Of a stretch of DNA of 64,000 bases, positions 34,771-46,188 are shown in pieces. The DNA lies in NCBI GenBank assembly GCA_028706295.1, contig JAQWBQ010000011.1:10506-74505 (forward strand). The letters run 5' to 3'. The notes beneath the pieces were generated by a model. It saw only the letters and a list, made by a program, of their open reading frames with translations. It was not told where the DNA came from and made no database searches. How positions within the stretch are numbered: the stretch's first letter is position 1; each line of letters opens with the position of its first letter. This DNA comes from Bacteroidales bacterium (lineage in GTDB: Bacteria; Bacteroidota; Bacteroidia; Bacteroidales; FEN-979). Position numbers and translations under genes: made by a program.

Positions 34771-37575
34771 TCAGTTTTTGATGTGTTCCCGGATCACCCG
34801 GAGTAAATCATCCTTCCTGACAGGCTTCGCAATGTGATCGTTGCAGCCTGCTTCAAGGGATCTTTGACGGTCACTGTGCGCGGCATGGGCCGTCTGCGCG
34901 ATGATAACCACTTGGGAATTGAATGCCCTTATCGCACGGGTCGTTTCATACCCGTCACCCCCGGGAATCCGGATGTCCATGAGGATCACATCGAGGTTTG
35001 GATGTTCTGATGCCATCTTAACCGCTTCCCGGCCGGTTTCGGCAAAATGGAGTTCCCGGGCAGATCCTTTCAGTATGATCCGGAGATACTCAATGGATGT
35101 CGGATCATCTTCAACCACCAGGATGCTGACTTTCTGACCATCAACGGGATCGGCTTCCCCGATCGGCTGTTCAATTGCCTTTACCGGTTTTGAAGGCGCT
35201 TTTGATCCGGCCGGCAACGTGACGATGAAAGTCGACCCTTTACCCGGAGCGGATTCAACCTGAATGGTCCCGCCCAGGAATTCTGCGTAGGATTTGCTGA
35301 TCGACAACCCAAGCCCGGAACCTTCATAAATCCTCGAAGGATCAGGATCTACCTGCTCAAAACGGTTAAAAATAGCTTCAAGCTTATTCTCCGGAATCCC
35401 GATACCTGAATCTTTGACGCTGAATTTCAGTTGTTCCGCTGTCACGATCAATTTTACATGGATGAAGCCACTGTCGGTGTATTTTATGGCATTCTTGATC
35501 AGATTGGTTACGATGGAGGTGAATTTTCCCTTGTCGGTATGAACCACCGAACCGGCCGGTTCAGCCTCAACTTGGAACAGGAGCCCCTTTTTCTCGGCTT
35601 CGGGCCGCAGGAAGTTGCACAGCTCAACCATCGTTTCGTACGTATTCATTTCTGATATCAGCAGACTCAATTGTCCCGTCTCAATCATCGACACTTCAAT
35701 AATATCGTTGAGGGTACTCAACATCCTTTGTCCGCTTTTGTGAATAATATCGATATACCGGTCCTTCTCTTCCCCGGTCAGATCCGGCTCAGAAAGCAGG
35801 TTGGTAAAGCCGAGGATCCCGTTCATGGGAGTCCGGATCTCGTGGCTCATGTTCGCAAGAAAAGCCGATTTGAGCCTGTTGCTTTCTTCGGCAGCCTCTT
35901 TTGCCCGGATGATCTCTGTTTCTATCAGCTTTCGTTCGGTGATATCGGTATTGAATCCATACCACAGGATGGTGCCATCGGCTAACTGCTCCGGTGTAGA
36001 ATGCCCGAACATCCACCGGGTCTCCTTTCCCGGAACCTTTACCCGGTATTCACACTGCCAGGGTGTCAGCAATTCAGCCGATTCTGCAATCGACCGGAGG
36101 ACTTCAGGCCGGTCGTCGGGATGGAACACCGCGATGATGGGAGAAAAATCATCTTTGACATCACCGGGTGAACAACCAAAGATATCCCGAATAGCATCGG
36201 TGGTGAAGGGAACGCAGTATGATCCGTCGGGCCGTTTCATGAATTGATAAATCATCCCGGGAACATGTTTCGACAATTTGCCAAGTGTGATATCGTTCTC
36301 TTTCAACGCATTTTCAACACGCTTACGTTCTGAAATATCCAGGTAACTTCCCAAAACCCCGACTACCTTACCTGCATCGTCCTTTAAAGGGACTTTACTG
36401 GTTAACAGATAATTGATAACCCCGCCGGGCCCGGTTTTTTGTTCTTCATACAGGATCTTTGATTCACCCGATTCAATTACCGAACAGTCGTCTTCCCGGT
36501 AGTTTCCGGCTACCGCACTCCAGGGAAGCGACAGGTCGTCCTTTCCGATAATATCATCGGGGCTGGAAAACCCTGCATCCTCTGCAAACGACTTATTGCA
36601 ACCGACATAAACTGAATCGGAATTTTTCCAGAATATGCGAACCGGTATTGAATCCAGAATGGCATGAAGCAACTCATTGGTTTTCTGCAATTCCCGGTTG
36701 GCAAGGTCGAGGGAGTTACCAAAATTCCGGGAGATCCAATAAAAAAGATAACCGGCAACAGAGATAAAGATCAGCTCCAGGACAAGCACGGTATAAACCG
36801 GGTGGGTGCCCAGGATTGGCAATATTCTGATGGTGATAAAATCCTCTAAAAATATCAGCGCCAGGGTCACAGGAAGAAATAATTTAAACAACCGTGCCCT
36901 GATCGAGCCGCTTTGAATTCGCCGCACAATATAGGTCTCTTTATCGGTGGTGGTAATCAGTCCGAGGAATATCAACAGGAACATCCCTGTAGCGAGCGCC
37001 GATGGCGGTATGAAGTCGCCCTGGTAATAAAACGGTGCGCCATACATGTATCCCATAAACAAAATGGCGCTTGCGATCAGCATCACCAGGATAAGTATAA
37101 CACGTAAGGTTTGCCAGATCTTGCTTCTTGATGCGGAGAGAAGAAATATAAAGCCTGAAGTTACAAATATCAATGCCGTGACCAGCGAAATATGCTCTAT
37201 CATGAACGGAAGGTCATGTTGCGGAAAGTTAAAGAAATGTTCCAATCCTGTCGGGATATACATTATTCGCGCAATAGCCAGAAACCCTGAAAGGAGAACA
37301 ACCAGGGAGGCAGGCAGCAGAAACAGGAGACGATTTTTGTTGGTTTTTTGAAAACGGATCAGTGCAAGAAGCGCCAGACTGCATATTACAAACAGGAAGA
37401 TCGTTATAGGGGCAATCGGAACCTGGGTTTCTGCAAACCGGGTCAACCACATCGTCCCGCTTATCCATCCGGTCAACGATATAAGTCCGATGAGAATAAC
37501 CAGCCAGGCTACCGCAACTGCAAACCGGTTTGATTTCCTGAACCGGGGCCCCTCATCATGTATGAGATTGTTCAT
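34771..37575 (-). CDS. Hybrid sensor histidine kinase / response regulator (multi-TM sensor, PAS domains, HisKA, HATPase_c, REC)
   Basis: 934-aa ORF. The N-terminal ~290 aa form a polytopic membrane domain. It has an H-box 'FLANMSHEIRTPMNGI', a G-box 'GSGLGLSISK', and a receiver 'ILVVEDD...VILMDIRIPGGDG...K'. Confidence 0.9.
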   Translation of the reverse strand: MNNLIHDEGPRFRKSNRFAVAVAWLVILIGLISLTGWISGTMWLTRFAETQVPIAPITIFLFVICSLALLALIRFQKTNKNRLLFLLPASLVVLLSGFLAIARIMYIPTGLEHFFNFPQHDLPFMIEHISLVTALIFVTSGFIFLLSASRSKIWQTLRVILILVMLIASAILFMGYMYGAPFYYQGDFIPPSALATGMFLLIFLGLITTTDKETYIVRRIQSGSIRARLFKLFLPVTLALIFLEDFITIRILPILGTHPVYTVLVLELIFISVAGYLFYWISRNFGNSLDLANRELQKTNELLHAILDSIPVRIFWKNSDSVYVGCNKSFAEDAGFSSPDDIIGKDDLSLPWSAVAGNYREDDCSVIESGESKILYEEQKTGPGGVINYLLTSKVPLKDDAGKVVGVLGSYLDISERKRVENALKENDITLGKLSKHVPGMIYQFMKRPDGSYCVPFTTDAIRDIFGCSPGDVKDDFSPIIAVFHPDDRPEVLRSIAESAELLTPWQCEYRVKVPGKETRWMFGHSTPEQLADGTILWYGFNTDITERKLIETEIIRAKEAAEESNRLKSAFLANMSHEIRTPMNGILGFTNLLSEPDLTGEEKDRYIDIIHKSGQRMLSTLNDIIEVSMIETGQLSLLISEMNTYETMVELCNFLRPEAEKKGLLFQVEAEPAGSVVHTDKGKFTSIVTNLIKNAIKYTDSGFIHVKLIVTAEQLKFSVKDSGIGIPENKLEAIFNRFEQVDPDPSRIYEGSGLGLSISKSYAEFLGGTIQVESAPGKGSTFIVTLPAGSKAPSKPVKAIEQPIGEADPVDGQKVSILVVEDDPTSIEYLRIILKGSARELHFAETGREAVKMASEHPNLDVILMDIRIPGGDGYETTRAIRAFNSQVVIIAQTAHAAHSDRQRSLEAGCNDHIAKPVRKDDLLRVIREHIKN

Positions 37576-37735
37576 AGGTCAGGTTTTGAAAATCAAATAT
37601 ACAATACAAAAACGCATGAAGTCAATCACATGACTTCGAAGTACATGCTTCAATATCTACCCATCTTCCGATTCCCCGGGGGGGGTGACGTTAAGTCAGT
37701 GAACAGCGGTCAGTATCCTGTCCCGGACAGGAAGT

Positions 37736-38560
37736 TCAGAATTTGAACTTTACTCCGAAATTCACCGCAAAAGTGCTGAAGGGATAAGTCTGACGCAGCG
37801 CTTTCCGGGGATTATCTTGTGAAGGATCTACATTAAACTGGATTTTATCCACGTACTCCGTCTTCTTTTGATAGGGCGTCAGCGTCGATAGCCGGTCTTC
37901 ACCGTTAACGGTGTATTCGATGATTTCGCTGTAGTTGGGCGACCAGGTTGCATGCGAAAAGGAGAGTTCGACAAAGAGATTAATGAGTTTGTTGAGGTTG
38001 AAGTCGCAGCCGCCGGCAGCCGAATACCCAAGCGCCACCCCACCGTAAAAACTGTTGGTCAACTTGGCGCTCTGCGGAGGATTCACAGTCGGATTTTCCG
38101 CTGTATAACGTTGGAACAGCATCGGGAAGGCTCCGATCAGCACGCCAAAACGGGCATAAGGATTTACTTTTTCCAACCCTGCCGTGATGACGATCCCCGG
38201 GATAAAACTGATCAGGTCGCCGGCAATCTTTACCTCCGATCTGGATGATCCGAGCAGGCTCGATACCGAATCGCTCCCGGTCGGGAACCCCATAAATCCG
38301 TTAACGGTCAGATCCACGCCCAGATACTTGTTGAACAGATACCCGAACGAGAGGTTGCCGTTGACCCCGTTGCCAATCCCGACCGGGACAACCGACAAGT
38401 ACGAGGAGGTTCCGTCGGTTTCGTATTTATAAATCAGGTCGAGACTTGCAGAGGTGCTGATGCCTCCGCCGACGCCTACACGGGCGTAGAATTTCTGCGC
38501 GTGGGTCATGTTCCATCCCACGAGTGAAATCAGGATGATGCAGATAATCTTTTTTTTCAT
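37736..38560 (-). CDS. Outer-membrane beta-barrel protein (porin-family fold)
   Basis: 274-aa ORF with a signal peptide. It shows an alternating hydrophobic pattern, is Gly/aromatic-rich, and ends in 'FGVKFKF' with a terminal Phe. Confidence 0.7.
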   Translation of the reverse strand: MKKKIICIILISLVGWNMTHAQKFYARVGVGGGISTSASLDLIYKYETDGTSSYLSVVPVGIGNGVNGNLSFGYLFNKYLGVDLTVNGFMGFPTGSDSVSSLLGSSRSEVKIAGDLISFIPGIVITAGLEKVNPYARFGVLIGAFPMLFQRYTAENPTVNPPQSAKLTNSFYGGVALGYSAAGGCDFNLNKLINLFVELSFSHATWSPNYSEIIEYTVNGEDRLSTLTPYQKKTEYVDKIQFNVDPSQDNPRKALRQTYPFSTFAVNFGVKFKF

Positions 38561-38646
38561 GATTTTTTTTGATTGTGGGTTTGTTGTTTTATCAGGTTTA
38601 AAGTGTGGTTATGGATAAGATTTTATATTGCTGGAAACCATTTTCG

Positions 38647-39168
38647 TTAGAATTCCATGTTTTTTAATGCCATCACCACCGGGTAAACCAATCCCAGTAT
38701 CAAAAGTATAACAATGAACGGGCGGTTGATGTTCTGCCATCTGTAGTTTTTCCGTTTGATGGCATCGACCGCGTGGTTCACCCCCGAAAAAAAGAAAAAG
38801 AAAAGAAATGTAAAGAGGATGGTGAGTTCTGCCCTGATCCCCCAGTCATAAAACCATACCACCAGCGAAATGACTGCATACGACAACATGGCTATTGCAG
38901 ATTGACGCTGGTAATTGCTGCCGGTTTCATACCCTTTCAGCGCCGCAGCCTCCTTACCGAAGAATAATCCTTCGAGCCCCGATAACCCGGCTATGGCGGT
39001 AATGATTACCGGTATCATGAAATGCAACTGCGCGATGGGATCATACGCTTTTGCAAATCCAATACTGTACCCGATAAAAAAAGCAAGGCAAACGATTACA
39101 ATTCGCAGAATATCTAAAAATCTTAACATCTTGATATCAAAAAATATAAAGCGAAATTTGGATAACAA
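38647..39168 (-). CDS. Hypothetical integral membrane protein
   Basis: 173-aa ORF with 4-5 predicted TM helices. An alternative start at 39129 (MLRFLD...) is possible. I recognise no family. Confidence 0.55.
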   Translation of the reverse strand: MLSKFRFIFFDIKMLRFLDILRIVIVCLAFFIGYSIGFAKAYDPIAQLHFMIPVIITAIAGLSGLEGLFFGKEAAALKGYETGSNYQRQSAIAMLSYAVISLVVWFYDWGIRAELTILFTFLFFFFFSGVNHAVDAIKRKNYRWQNINRPFIVILLILGLVYPVVMALKNMEF

Positions 39169-39253
39169 AGAACTTCAAGAAATAATGATGAATTATGAAT
39201 CCCCGAATGTGTAAAAATATATTAATTTTATGAGATCTTCAAATATATAAATT

Positions 39254-40507
39254 ATGAAAACATATTTTCTTCGGATAATAATCATGGTCCTTTTACTGGC
39301 AGTGATTTCCTGCAAAAAGGATGATCCGGAAAACGATAACGGGAGCGATCCGTCGCCTGTTACACTGACCGGGAACGTACAGAAGGGTCCCTTCATCACC
39401 GGTACTACAATAACATTACATGAACTCAACGAGAACCTTGGTCAAACAGGTTCTTCCTTCACCGCCTCCATCCTGACCAACGCAGGCGATTTTGAGATAC
39501 CGAACATTTTACTCGGATCAACACATGCCTTATTTACTGCCAATGGGTTTTATTTCAATGAATCGTATGGCGAATTATCCGCGGCTCCTTTAACGCTGCA
39601 GGCCCTGACTGAACTTTCGGGTTCATCCCGGATCAACATAAATGTCATGACCCACCTGATCAAAGAGCGGATCATGAAACTGAGTTCGGATGGAATCCCC
39701 TTTCAACAGGCAAAAGCGCAGGCACAGACCGAACTGCTCGCTTTCTTCGGGATTACCCTCCCCACAGGGTCAAACGATTTCGAGAAAGCGGATATCACCC
39801 AGAACAGCGACCTGAATGCAACCCTGCTTGCCGTTTCGGTCGTGGTTCAGCGGTACACCACCTTTTTGATGGAGATACCGACACTCACTGCAGAACTAAC
39901 CCAGCTTTTATCGAACATGAGTTTTGATTTTAAGGAAGATGGCGTCATCGGCAGTCAACAGATCAAAGATACCCTGCTGCACAACATCTCCCGGGCAAAC
40001 CTCATAAAGATCAGGCAAAACCTGGAGAAACGCTATGCAGATCTCGGTTTGACAGTTACGATTCCTGATTTTGAAAAATATGTCGACATCATCCAGAAAC
40101 ATCTTTCGGAAATCATATACGCGGATTTCATCTATCCCGAACAAGCTTCACCTTACATTCAATTTCAGGGCGATACCACGGCATGGACCATGAATTTCTT
40201 GAACCTGAACACCTTTGTTTACGGATCGAACCGCGACTATTGTGTGGCCGCCATCGTTCCTTTTGATTCGGTTCTCACCGTAAAATTCAAAATCCTCTCG
40301 GGAAGTTATAACACTTCGCCACCGGGTCACGGATGGCAGGTGATTCAGAAAAATTCTTCGGGAATAACCCTCCGTTCCACGCTGCAGAATACCATCATTA
40401 CCCTGCCGCTTGGATTTAATTCCTGGTCACGGGCAAGCGCGATCATCGAGATTTATCAAAACGATACCATTACGCCCGTCCGGGTGAAGAATATCACCAT
40501 CCAGTAA
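39254..40507 (+). CDS. Hypothetical lipoprotein
   Basis: 417-aa ORF with a signal peptide and lipobox (LAVISCKKDD). I recognise no family. Confidence 0.6.
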   Translation: MKTYFLRIIIMVLLLAVISCKKDDPENDNGSDPSPVTLTGNVQKGPFITGTTITLHELNENLGQTGSSFTASILTNAGDFEIPNILLGSTHALFTANGFYFNESYGELSAAPLTLQALTELSGSSRININVMTHLIKERIMKLSSDGIPFQQAKAQAQTELLAFFGITLPTGSNDFEKADITQNSDLNATLLAVSVVVQRYTTFLMEIPTLTAELTQLLSNMSFDFKEDGVIGSQQIKDTLLHNISRANLIKIRQNLEKRYADLGLTVTIPDFEKYVDIIQKHLSEIIYADFIYPEQASPYIQFQGDTTAWTMNFLNLNTFVYGSNRDYCVAAIVPFDSVLTVKFKILSGSYNTSPPGHGWQVIQKNSSGITLRSTLQNTIITLPLGFNSWSRASAIIEIYQNDTITPVRVKNITIQ

Positions 40508-40544
40508 TGAAGTGGGCTTAAAAAGGGTATTACCGGATAATCGC

Positions 40545-42542
40545 CTAATGACGGATAACCAGTTTCAGTTGTGCGGAATGTTTTCCGGCATTTATTTTAC
40601 ACAAGTAGAGACCGGAGCTGAAGTTGGAGAGATCCAGGGTTATATTTTGGCTCCCGCGCGACCTGAATTCGGGCTGTGAACCCCAGAGAATCTTGCCAAA
40701 AACATCAGAAACCGTCACGGTAACCATAGCAGGTTCATCGAGCAGGAACTGCAGGGATGAAGTTCCGTTAGCGGGATTTGGTGTGCACCGGACGGCCGAC
40801 AAACCATTATCCGGCAGCTCTGCAGAAACCGAAACCAGCGTGCTTCCTCCTTTTAAGACGATCTGGTTCGAAGGATCGAACACCAAATAAACAGGTTGTT
40901 TGTCGAAAATCCACGTGAATTGCTGGAAATTCACATCATTCATCACCCGGATGGTCGTATCGGTGTCGTCGGCAAATCCGAACTTCACCTCAACAGGCAT
41001 CCTGAAGAACGGGGCATTGCTCTGAACCTGCTTCATGAAAAAATTGACCTTCCACCGGCCCGATCCCAGGTCTTCAAAATTATAGGTGTTCTCATAAACC
41101 GGGTGGTTGGGCTGATAGATCCACTGATCAAAGAACCAGCCGTAATCCGTCCCGGTCACACTGTTTACCTGTTCGATGAAGTCGGAAATGGTAGCAGATT
41201 GAAACTTCAGATCGGGATCGGAAAGGTAGGACTGCAGAGTCAGGAAAAACAGGGAATCACCCAGAACGTAACGCAGCATGTGGCTCACACAGGCTCCCTT
41301 CGTGTAGGTGATCGCGTAATCGAACAGGGTATCGTCAGAGGGAGTGTAAACGGCCCACGATGGCAGCGAGATGGCCCAGCCTGGATTGTACTGAAGATAA
41401 TAGAGTGCATTCTGATCGATCAGTGTCTTGTACTCCGGATATCCCCCGTTTTTCTCCGCCCAGAAGGCTTCCGACCAGGTACCCAACCCTTCGTTGAGCC
41501 AGATATCGGCCCAGGTCTGGCAGGTGACCAGGTCGCCAAACCAGTGATGGGAGAACTCATGGGCTGCAAGTCCTTCTCCCCAGCACCCCGGACAAATGGT
41601 GATCAGGGTTTGGTTTTCCATCCCTCCCCAGGAAAACTGGTTATCGAGCGCGGCAAATCCGATCTTCTCAAACGGATATTCCACATAATGCTGCGAATAC
41701 CAATCGGCCATCTCAGGAATCAACTCCTCTACGAGCGAAGGATTTTCACCCTGGTTGAAATAGTACAGGCACGGAATACTGTCGGCGGAATTCGACAACT
41801 TATGCCAGTAACGGGTGTGCATCCTGTAATTTACCTTCGAAGCAAACGCCATAAGATAAGTGGCAACCGGGTTATCGGAGATCCAATGGTAGACCAGGGT
41901 ATCGCCGGTCAATGTCGAATCGGCCAGCCGGCCGTTCGACCCCAGCCGCACGTTTGATTTTACCCTGGCGGTGATATCGCACTGCGCTTTGTCCGACGGA
42001 TGGTCCTTGCAGGGCATCCACTTCCGCGCTCCCTCGGGTTCACTGTCGGTATAAGCCATCCCGTTGTTGCAGTAAAACCCATGGTCTACAACGTTCTTGT
42101 GTTGGTAATAAACCTTCACAACGGCCGTGTCGCCGGGGTAGTAGGTCTTGTCAAGCTGGATGGCCAGGATATCGGAATTATGACTGAAAGAAACTCCGGC
42201 CAGTTTTACGGAATCGATAATAATGGAATAGTTGTTTGCATTGAGGGCGATCTGGTTCAAGGTAGAATCAACTCTAAAACGGATGCTGCAGATCCCTTTG
42301 TAATTCCTTGGATAAGGCGATGAATAGCAAGAATAAAGATGGAAGTCAAGGGTGTATTTCAGTACGTCAAACGTCCGTGAGGGCGCCTGGTCGATAATTT
42401 CCTGACGTTTGATTCCGTTTGTTCCGTTCAATTTCTTTTGGGAGCACATCATCGCGCCACCGGGGAGATTCAATCCCTGTCCGACCATCATTCCGGTGCC
42501 CATCAGGCAGAAAGCCAATCCGATAATTACATTTCGCAGCAT
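40545..42542 (-). CDS. M1-family zinc aminopeptidase with a T9SS C-terminal sorting domain
   Basis: 665-aa ORF with 'GGMENQ', 'HEFSHHWFGD' (HExxH) and 'WLNEGLGTW' (third zinc ligand). The C-terminal 'NLSSGLYLCKINAGKHSAQLKLVIRH' is a T9SS CTD. Confidence 0.88.
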   Translation of the reverse strand: MLRNVIIGLAFCLMGTGMMVGQGLNLPGGAMMCSQKKLNGTNGIKRQEIIDQAPSRTFDVLKYTLDFHLYSCYSSPYPRNYKGICSIRFRVDSTLNQIALNANNYSIIIDSVKLAGVSFSHNSDILAIQLDKTYYPGDTAVVKVYYQHKNVVDHGFYCNNGMAYTDSEPEGARKWMPCKDHPSDKAQCDITARVKSNVRLGSNGRLADSTLTGDTLVYHWISDNPVATYLMAFASKVNYRMHTRYWHKLSNSADSIPCLYYFNQGENPSLVEELIPEMADWYSQHYVEYPFEKIGFAALDNQFSWGGMENQTLITICPGCWGEGLAAHEFSHHWFGDLVTCQTWADIWLNEGLGTWSEAFWAEKNGGYPEYKTLIDQNALYYLQYNPGWAISLPSWAVYTPSDDTLFDYAITYTKGACVSHMLRYVLGDSLFFLTLQSYLSDPDLKFQSATISDFIEQVNSVTGTDYGWFFDQWIYQPNHPVYENTYNFEDLGSGRWKVNFFMKQVQSNAPFFRMPVEVKFGFADDTDTTIRVMNDVNFQQFTWIFDKQPVYLVFDPSNQIVLKGGSTLVSVSAELPDNGLSAVRCTPNPANGTSSLQFLLDEPAMVTVTVSDVFGKILWGSQPEFRSRGSQNITLDLSNFSSGLYLCKINAGKHSAQLKLVIRH

Positions 42543-42603
42543 AGTAGTGTTTTTAAATAGTTTACAAGTTAAATGTCATGTCATATTACTGTCACAGGAT
42601 TCC

Positions 42604-43872
42604 CTACCAAAAAATAATTTTTCCTTTTTCTGATTTTTGATCAACCCGATCAAAAGTCCAGCCATAGAATCCGGGTGCGAGCGCAACGATCACTTTCATA
42701 TCGAATTGGATCCGCACCTGTTTCACCATTCTTCCCGCCGGATCAAACAGCGTTAACACCCCGTCGCCGGCACGATTCAATACATTCATGATTCCCTGAT
42801 CAGCCCTGAGAAACGTTAAACTGCTCTTCTCCGTGTGATGGTTCCCACCTCCCGTAACAACTACGGTCACCTCCTGTGTTATGGAATCACAAATGCAACG
42901 ATCACATGCCCGCAGGGTGACGGAATAGACCCCGGCATCCGCATAACAATGAACCGGTTCATATTCTTCAGCGGTGAAGCCATCGCCAAAATCCCAATGC
43001 CATGTATGGGTATTCAGGCTCAGATTTTCAGTAAAAAGTGAATCCTCAGCGACAAAGTAGTTAAAGGAGGCCTGTGGCTCATTGCCCCATAAGTTCCATA
43101 CGCCCGGATTGCCGAAAACCACGCTGTCGGCTGACTTTTGAAGATACAGGGCTGTGTCGGGCTGAAGTCCGGCCGTGAACGATAAGCCCACCGGTGATTT
43201 GTGGAACAAAACGGCATAAAATACGCAGGCAGCAAGATAGCTGCCATTCAGGTTCGGATGCGAACCATCTCCGTCATGTAAAACGATTCCGGAATTCTGA
43301 ATGACTTTGCGCCATGCTTCTCCCACCGGTGCAATCCCGCTGTCGGTAGTATCGGCAGTTAATTTATAAGCGCGGGTCAGCGAATCCTGCATCTGGAAAT
43401 AATTTGCGAATGGTACACTGCAATAAGCGGAAGTAAAACACTGGATACCCCCGAAACGCCTGCCCCAGGTCAGAAAGAAGAGCAAACGGCCACATTCGTC
43501 ACCGGAAATAACACTGTCGCGTAATACAAAACAAGAAGGTATCATGCAACTGTCACGCAGTACGGGTATCGAAGGGATCTGACTCTGCTCCTGCAGTACC
43601 ACGAAGTCCCAGTCGCCGGATGCAATCTTGGACAAGCTGACGGGATCTGTCGCATGGGCGATAGGATTCCAGCCCAGCGTGTAGCCACCCGGGCAATTGT
43701 CATCGTGAACCAGCGAATCACCTGCCGCGTAAGCAAGTGAAGCAATCAGCCCCGGAAGATCGTTTACATAAATATAGCTGTTACCTAAAAAAAGCGCTTT
43801 TCGGATTACCGGTTGGGTGAATCCCGTCAATGAAAAAAACAGGATAAATCCCAAAAGGGGCAAATTCTTCAT
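42604..43872 (-). CDS. Secreted SGNH/DUF4886-like protein with a PKD domain and T9SS C-terminal sorting domain
   Basis: The ATG at 43872 gives the signal peptide 'MKNLPLLGFILFFSL'; the track ORF extends to 43941. It has 'FLGNSY' near the N-terminus (SGNH-like) and a PKD-like 'WDFGDG.....PVH.Y...GVY.V.L'. A CTD-like C-terminus is present. Confidence 0.65.
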   Translation of the reverse strand: MKNLPLLGFILFFSLTGFTQPVIRKALFLGNSYIYVNDLPGLIASLAYAAGDSLVHDDNCPGGYTLGWNPIAHATDPVSLSKIASGDWDFVVLQEQSQIPSIPVLRDSCMIPSCFVLRDSVISGDECGRLLFFLTWGRRFGGIQCFTSAYCSVPFANYFQMQDSLTRAYKLTADTTDSGIAPVGEAWRKVIQNSGIVLHDGDGSHPNLNGSYLAACVFYAVLFHKSPVGLSFTAGLQPDTALYLQKSADSVVFGNPGVWNLWGNEPQASFNYFVAEDSLFTENLSLNTHTWHWDFGDGFTAEEYEPVHCYADAGVYSVTLRACDRCICDSITQEVTVVVTGGGNHHTEKSSLTFLRADQGIMNVLNRAGDGVLTLFDPAGRMVKQVRIQFDMKVIVALAPGFYGWTFDRVDQKSEKGKIIFW

Positions 43873-43987
43873 ATGCGCAAAGGTACGACTTTCAGGAACC
43901 CTGGAAAGTTTAAAAATCACGGTATAATCCTGATATGTCAATTAGTTATTATAAGTTTTGTATTTTAGTCAGGAAATTTATTTAAAG

Positions 43988-46165
43988 ATGGGCAAAACAC
44001 CGGTCATCATCCATGTTTTACGGGCATTGATCGCACTTTTAGTGATCCTTATGATCCTGGTTGGAACGGCTATTTTTCTGGTACAGCGTGAATCGAAAAA
44101 GAATATTCTCGATGCAACGACGGTACTTCGGGAAAAAAACAAACCCCTTGAGATCCTCGACCAGTGTATTCAGAAGATCTATAACACCGACAATGACTTT
44201 CGCCTGTACACGCTTTCTTTCAGTAAAGAAGCCTTTGAAAAGTATAAAGGGCAACTCCGGGATCTTGATGCCCTGACAACCGCGCTCGAAGCCAGTCTCT
44301 CCTCAGGACCGGGATCTAAAAACCCGGCCTACGCCCTACAGGCCGGAACCCGCGAAAAAGAAGCCCTCCAGGCAAGTTTCGGACGGTTGCGGCGGATGAG
44401 TGATTCGTTGCTCAAAGCAGCAAATTCGCTTCAGTCACTGACCGGTGATGCCGTGAAGCCCGCCGTAACGGTAATTAAAGCGTACCAGCCCGACCTGACC
44501 TTTATCTCAACGGATACCGTTCTTACCTCTACAGAGGAGACAAAAAAGAAAAAGGGATTTTTCAGTAAAGTAAAAGCCTTTTTTAAAGGGGAAACGGAGA
44601 CAAAAAAGACCAACAAACAAATTGCGGTAAAAACCGGGACCCAGTCGGGCACCACCGCATCGCTGCCGGTGACGATGGCCGCCGTGGGCATGGAGGTGGC
44701 ACGGCAAACAAACCTCTACTACGAGAACCAGCTCAAAGAACAATACAAACTGAATCAACAGCTTAAAGAAAAGGAAAAAGAGTTGCTTGAACTCAACTCC
44801 CGCCTGATGGGCAATATCTCTTCGATATTCAGAGACCTTAAAAAAGATTACCAGGTCAGGGAGAAACAGATCGATAACCTGGCCGTTGCCAACATCATCA
44901 AATATTCGCGCATCACCGAATACCTGGTGCTTGCCAGCGCCGCCCTCGCCATTCTTTTTGCCTTCCTGATTGCCCTGACCATCCGGAAAATCATTACCTA
45001 CCAGCGCGGAATAATCGCCGCCCGCAAAAAGGCCGAAACCGAAGCTGCGGAGAAAAGCAAATTTCTTGCATTCATGAGCCATGAACTGCGGACACCGCTG
45101 ACTTCCATCATCGGATTTACCGAACAACTGAAGGAGACCCCGCTCCAGGAGGATCAGCAAAAATATATCCAGGCCATGAGCGGCTCTTCCGATATCCTGC
45201 TCACCACCGTGAACGATATTCTCGATATGTCAAAACTCGACTCGGGAAAATTCAGATTTGTCAAATTTACCTTCCTCGTAAAACCGGTTTTCGAACAGGT
45301 AATCAATAGTTTGCGCCACATGGCACAGAAAAAGGGACTTTCGGTCGAATTGGTTCAGAATATTCCCGATAACCTGTGTTTTCTGGGAGATGAAATGCGG
45401 TTGAAACAGGTTCTGATCAACCTGGTAAACAACGCCATCAAATATTCTGAGAAAGGAACGATCACAGTGACTGTCGGTGCCGAAATCCACAAGGGGAAAT
45501 CAAAGTTACAGGTAGAAGTTGCCGATCAGGGAATCGGAATCGATGCCGACAAACTCCCCGAAGTCTTCAGCGAATTTTCACAGGTACATGAACAATCATC
45601 AAAAAAGTGGATCATCGGCACAGGTCTCGGACTTCCGATCTGTAAAAAAATCGTCGAACAGCAAGGTGGAACTATCCGGGTTAACAGTATCAAAGGGGAA
45701 GGTTCCACCTTTTCGTTTGTAATTCCCTATCAAACGGTAATGGCGAAACAGGAGGAAGCAGAACAGAAGGAATTGATCTTCGATCCCTCCCTTTTTAAAG
45801 AGAAGAATATTCTCGCTGCCGACGATACCGAGATAAACCTGGTATTGCTCGATTCCATTTTCAGGAAGTGGGGAGTAACTATTGATAAAGCCCGGAACGG
45901 TAAGGAAGCGCTGCAACTATTCAAAACGAAACATTACCATCTGGTGTTGAGTGATGTATATATGCCCGAAATGGATGGGATGGAACTGACACGGCAGATC
46001 AGGAACTCCGTTCGTCCGGCCAACAAAGATGTTCCGGTGATCATTCTATCAGCAAACATGATCCAGGACGAAATCGAGAAATTTAAACTCGCCGGTGTGA
46101 CCGATTACCTGCCAAAACCTTTTCTTGCTGCCGACCTTTACAAAATTGTCGCCAGACGTTTGTAA
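43988..46165 (+). CDS. Hybrid sensor histidine kinase / response regulator
   Basis: The ATG at 43988 gives MGKTPVII; the track starts at TTG 43958. It has two TM segments flanking a periplasmic/coiled region. H-box '[19 protein letters not shown]', '[10 protein letters not shown]', and REC '[11 protein letters not shown]...[13 protein letters not shown]' are present. Confidence 0.9.
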   Translation: MGKTPVIIHVLRALIALLVILMILVGTAIFLVQRESKKNILDATTVLREKNKPLEILDQCIQKIYNTDNDFRLYTLSFSKEAFEKYKGQLRDLDALTTALEASLSSGPGSKNPAYALQAGTREKEALQASFGRLRRMSDSLLKAANSLQSLTGDAVKPAVTVIKAYQPDLTFISTDTVLTSTEETKKKKGFFSKVKAFFKGETETKKTNKQIAVKTGTQSGTTASLPVTMAAVGMEVARQTNLYYENQLKEQYKLNQQLKEKEKELLELNSRLMGNISSIFRDLKKDYQVREKQIDNLAVANIIKYSRITEYLVLASAALAILFAFLIALTIRKIITYQRGIIAARKKAETEAAEKSKFLAFMSHELRTPLTSIIGFTEQLKETPLQEDQQKYIQAMSGSSDILLTTVNDILDMSKLDSGKFRFVKFTFLVKPVFEQVINSLRHMAQKKGLSVELVQNIPDNLCFLGDEMRLKQVLINLVNNAIKYSEKGTITVTVGAEIHKGKSKLQVEVADQGIGIDADKLPEVFSEFSQVHEQSSKKWIIGTGLGLPICKKIVEQQGGTIRVNSIKGEGSTFSFVIPYQTVMAKQEEAEQKELIFDPSLFKEKNILAADDTEINLVLLDSIFRKWGVTIDKARNGKEALQLFKTKHYHLVLSDVYMPEMDGMELTRQIRNSVRPANKDVPVIILSANMIQDEIEKFKLAGVTDYLPKPFLAADLYKIVARRL

Positions 46166-46188
46166 TTCTGACAGAAACAGATTCAAAA

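Noticed and set aside
37576-37735. Short hairpins (GAAGTCA-n6-TGACTTC; CCTGTCC-c-GGACAGG) between the hybrid kinase start and the OMP gene stop
   Set aside because: The stems are only 5-7 bp, no U-tract follows, and such stems are frequent by chance. This is insufficient to call a terminator or riboregulator.
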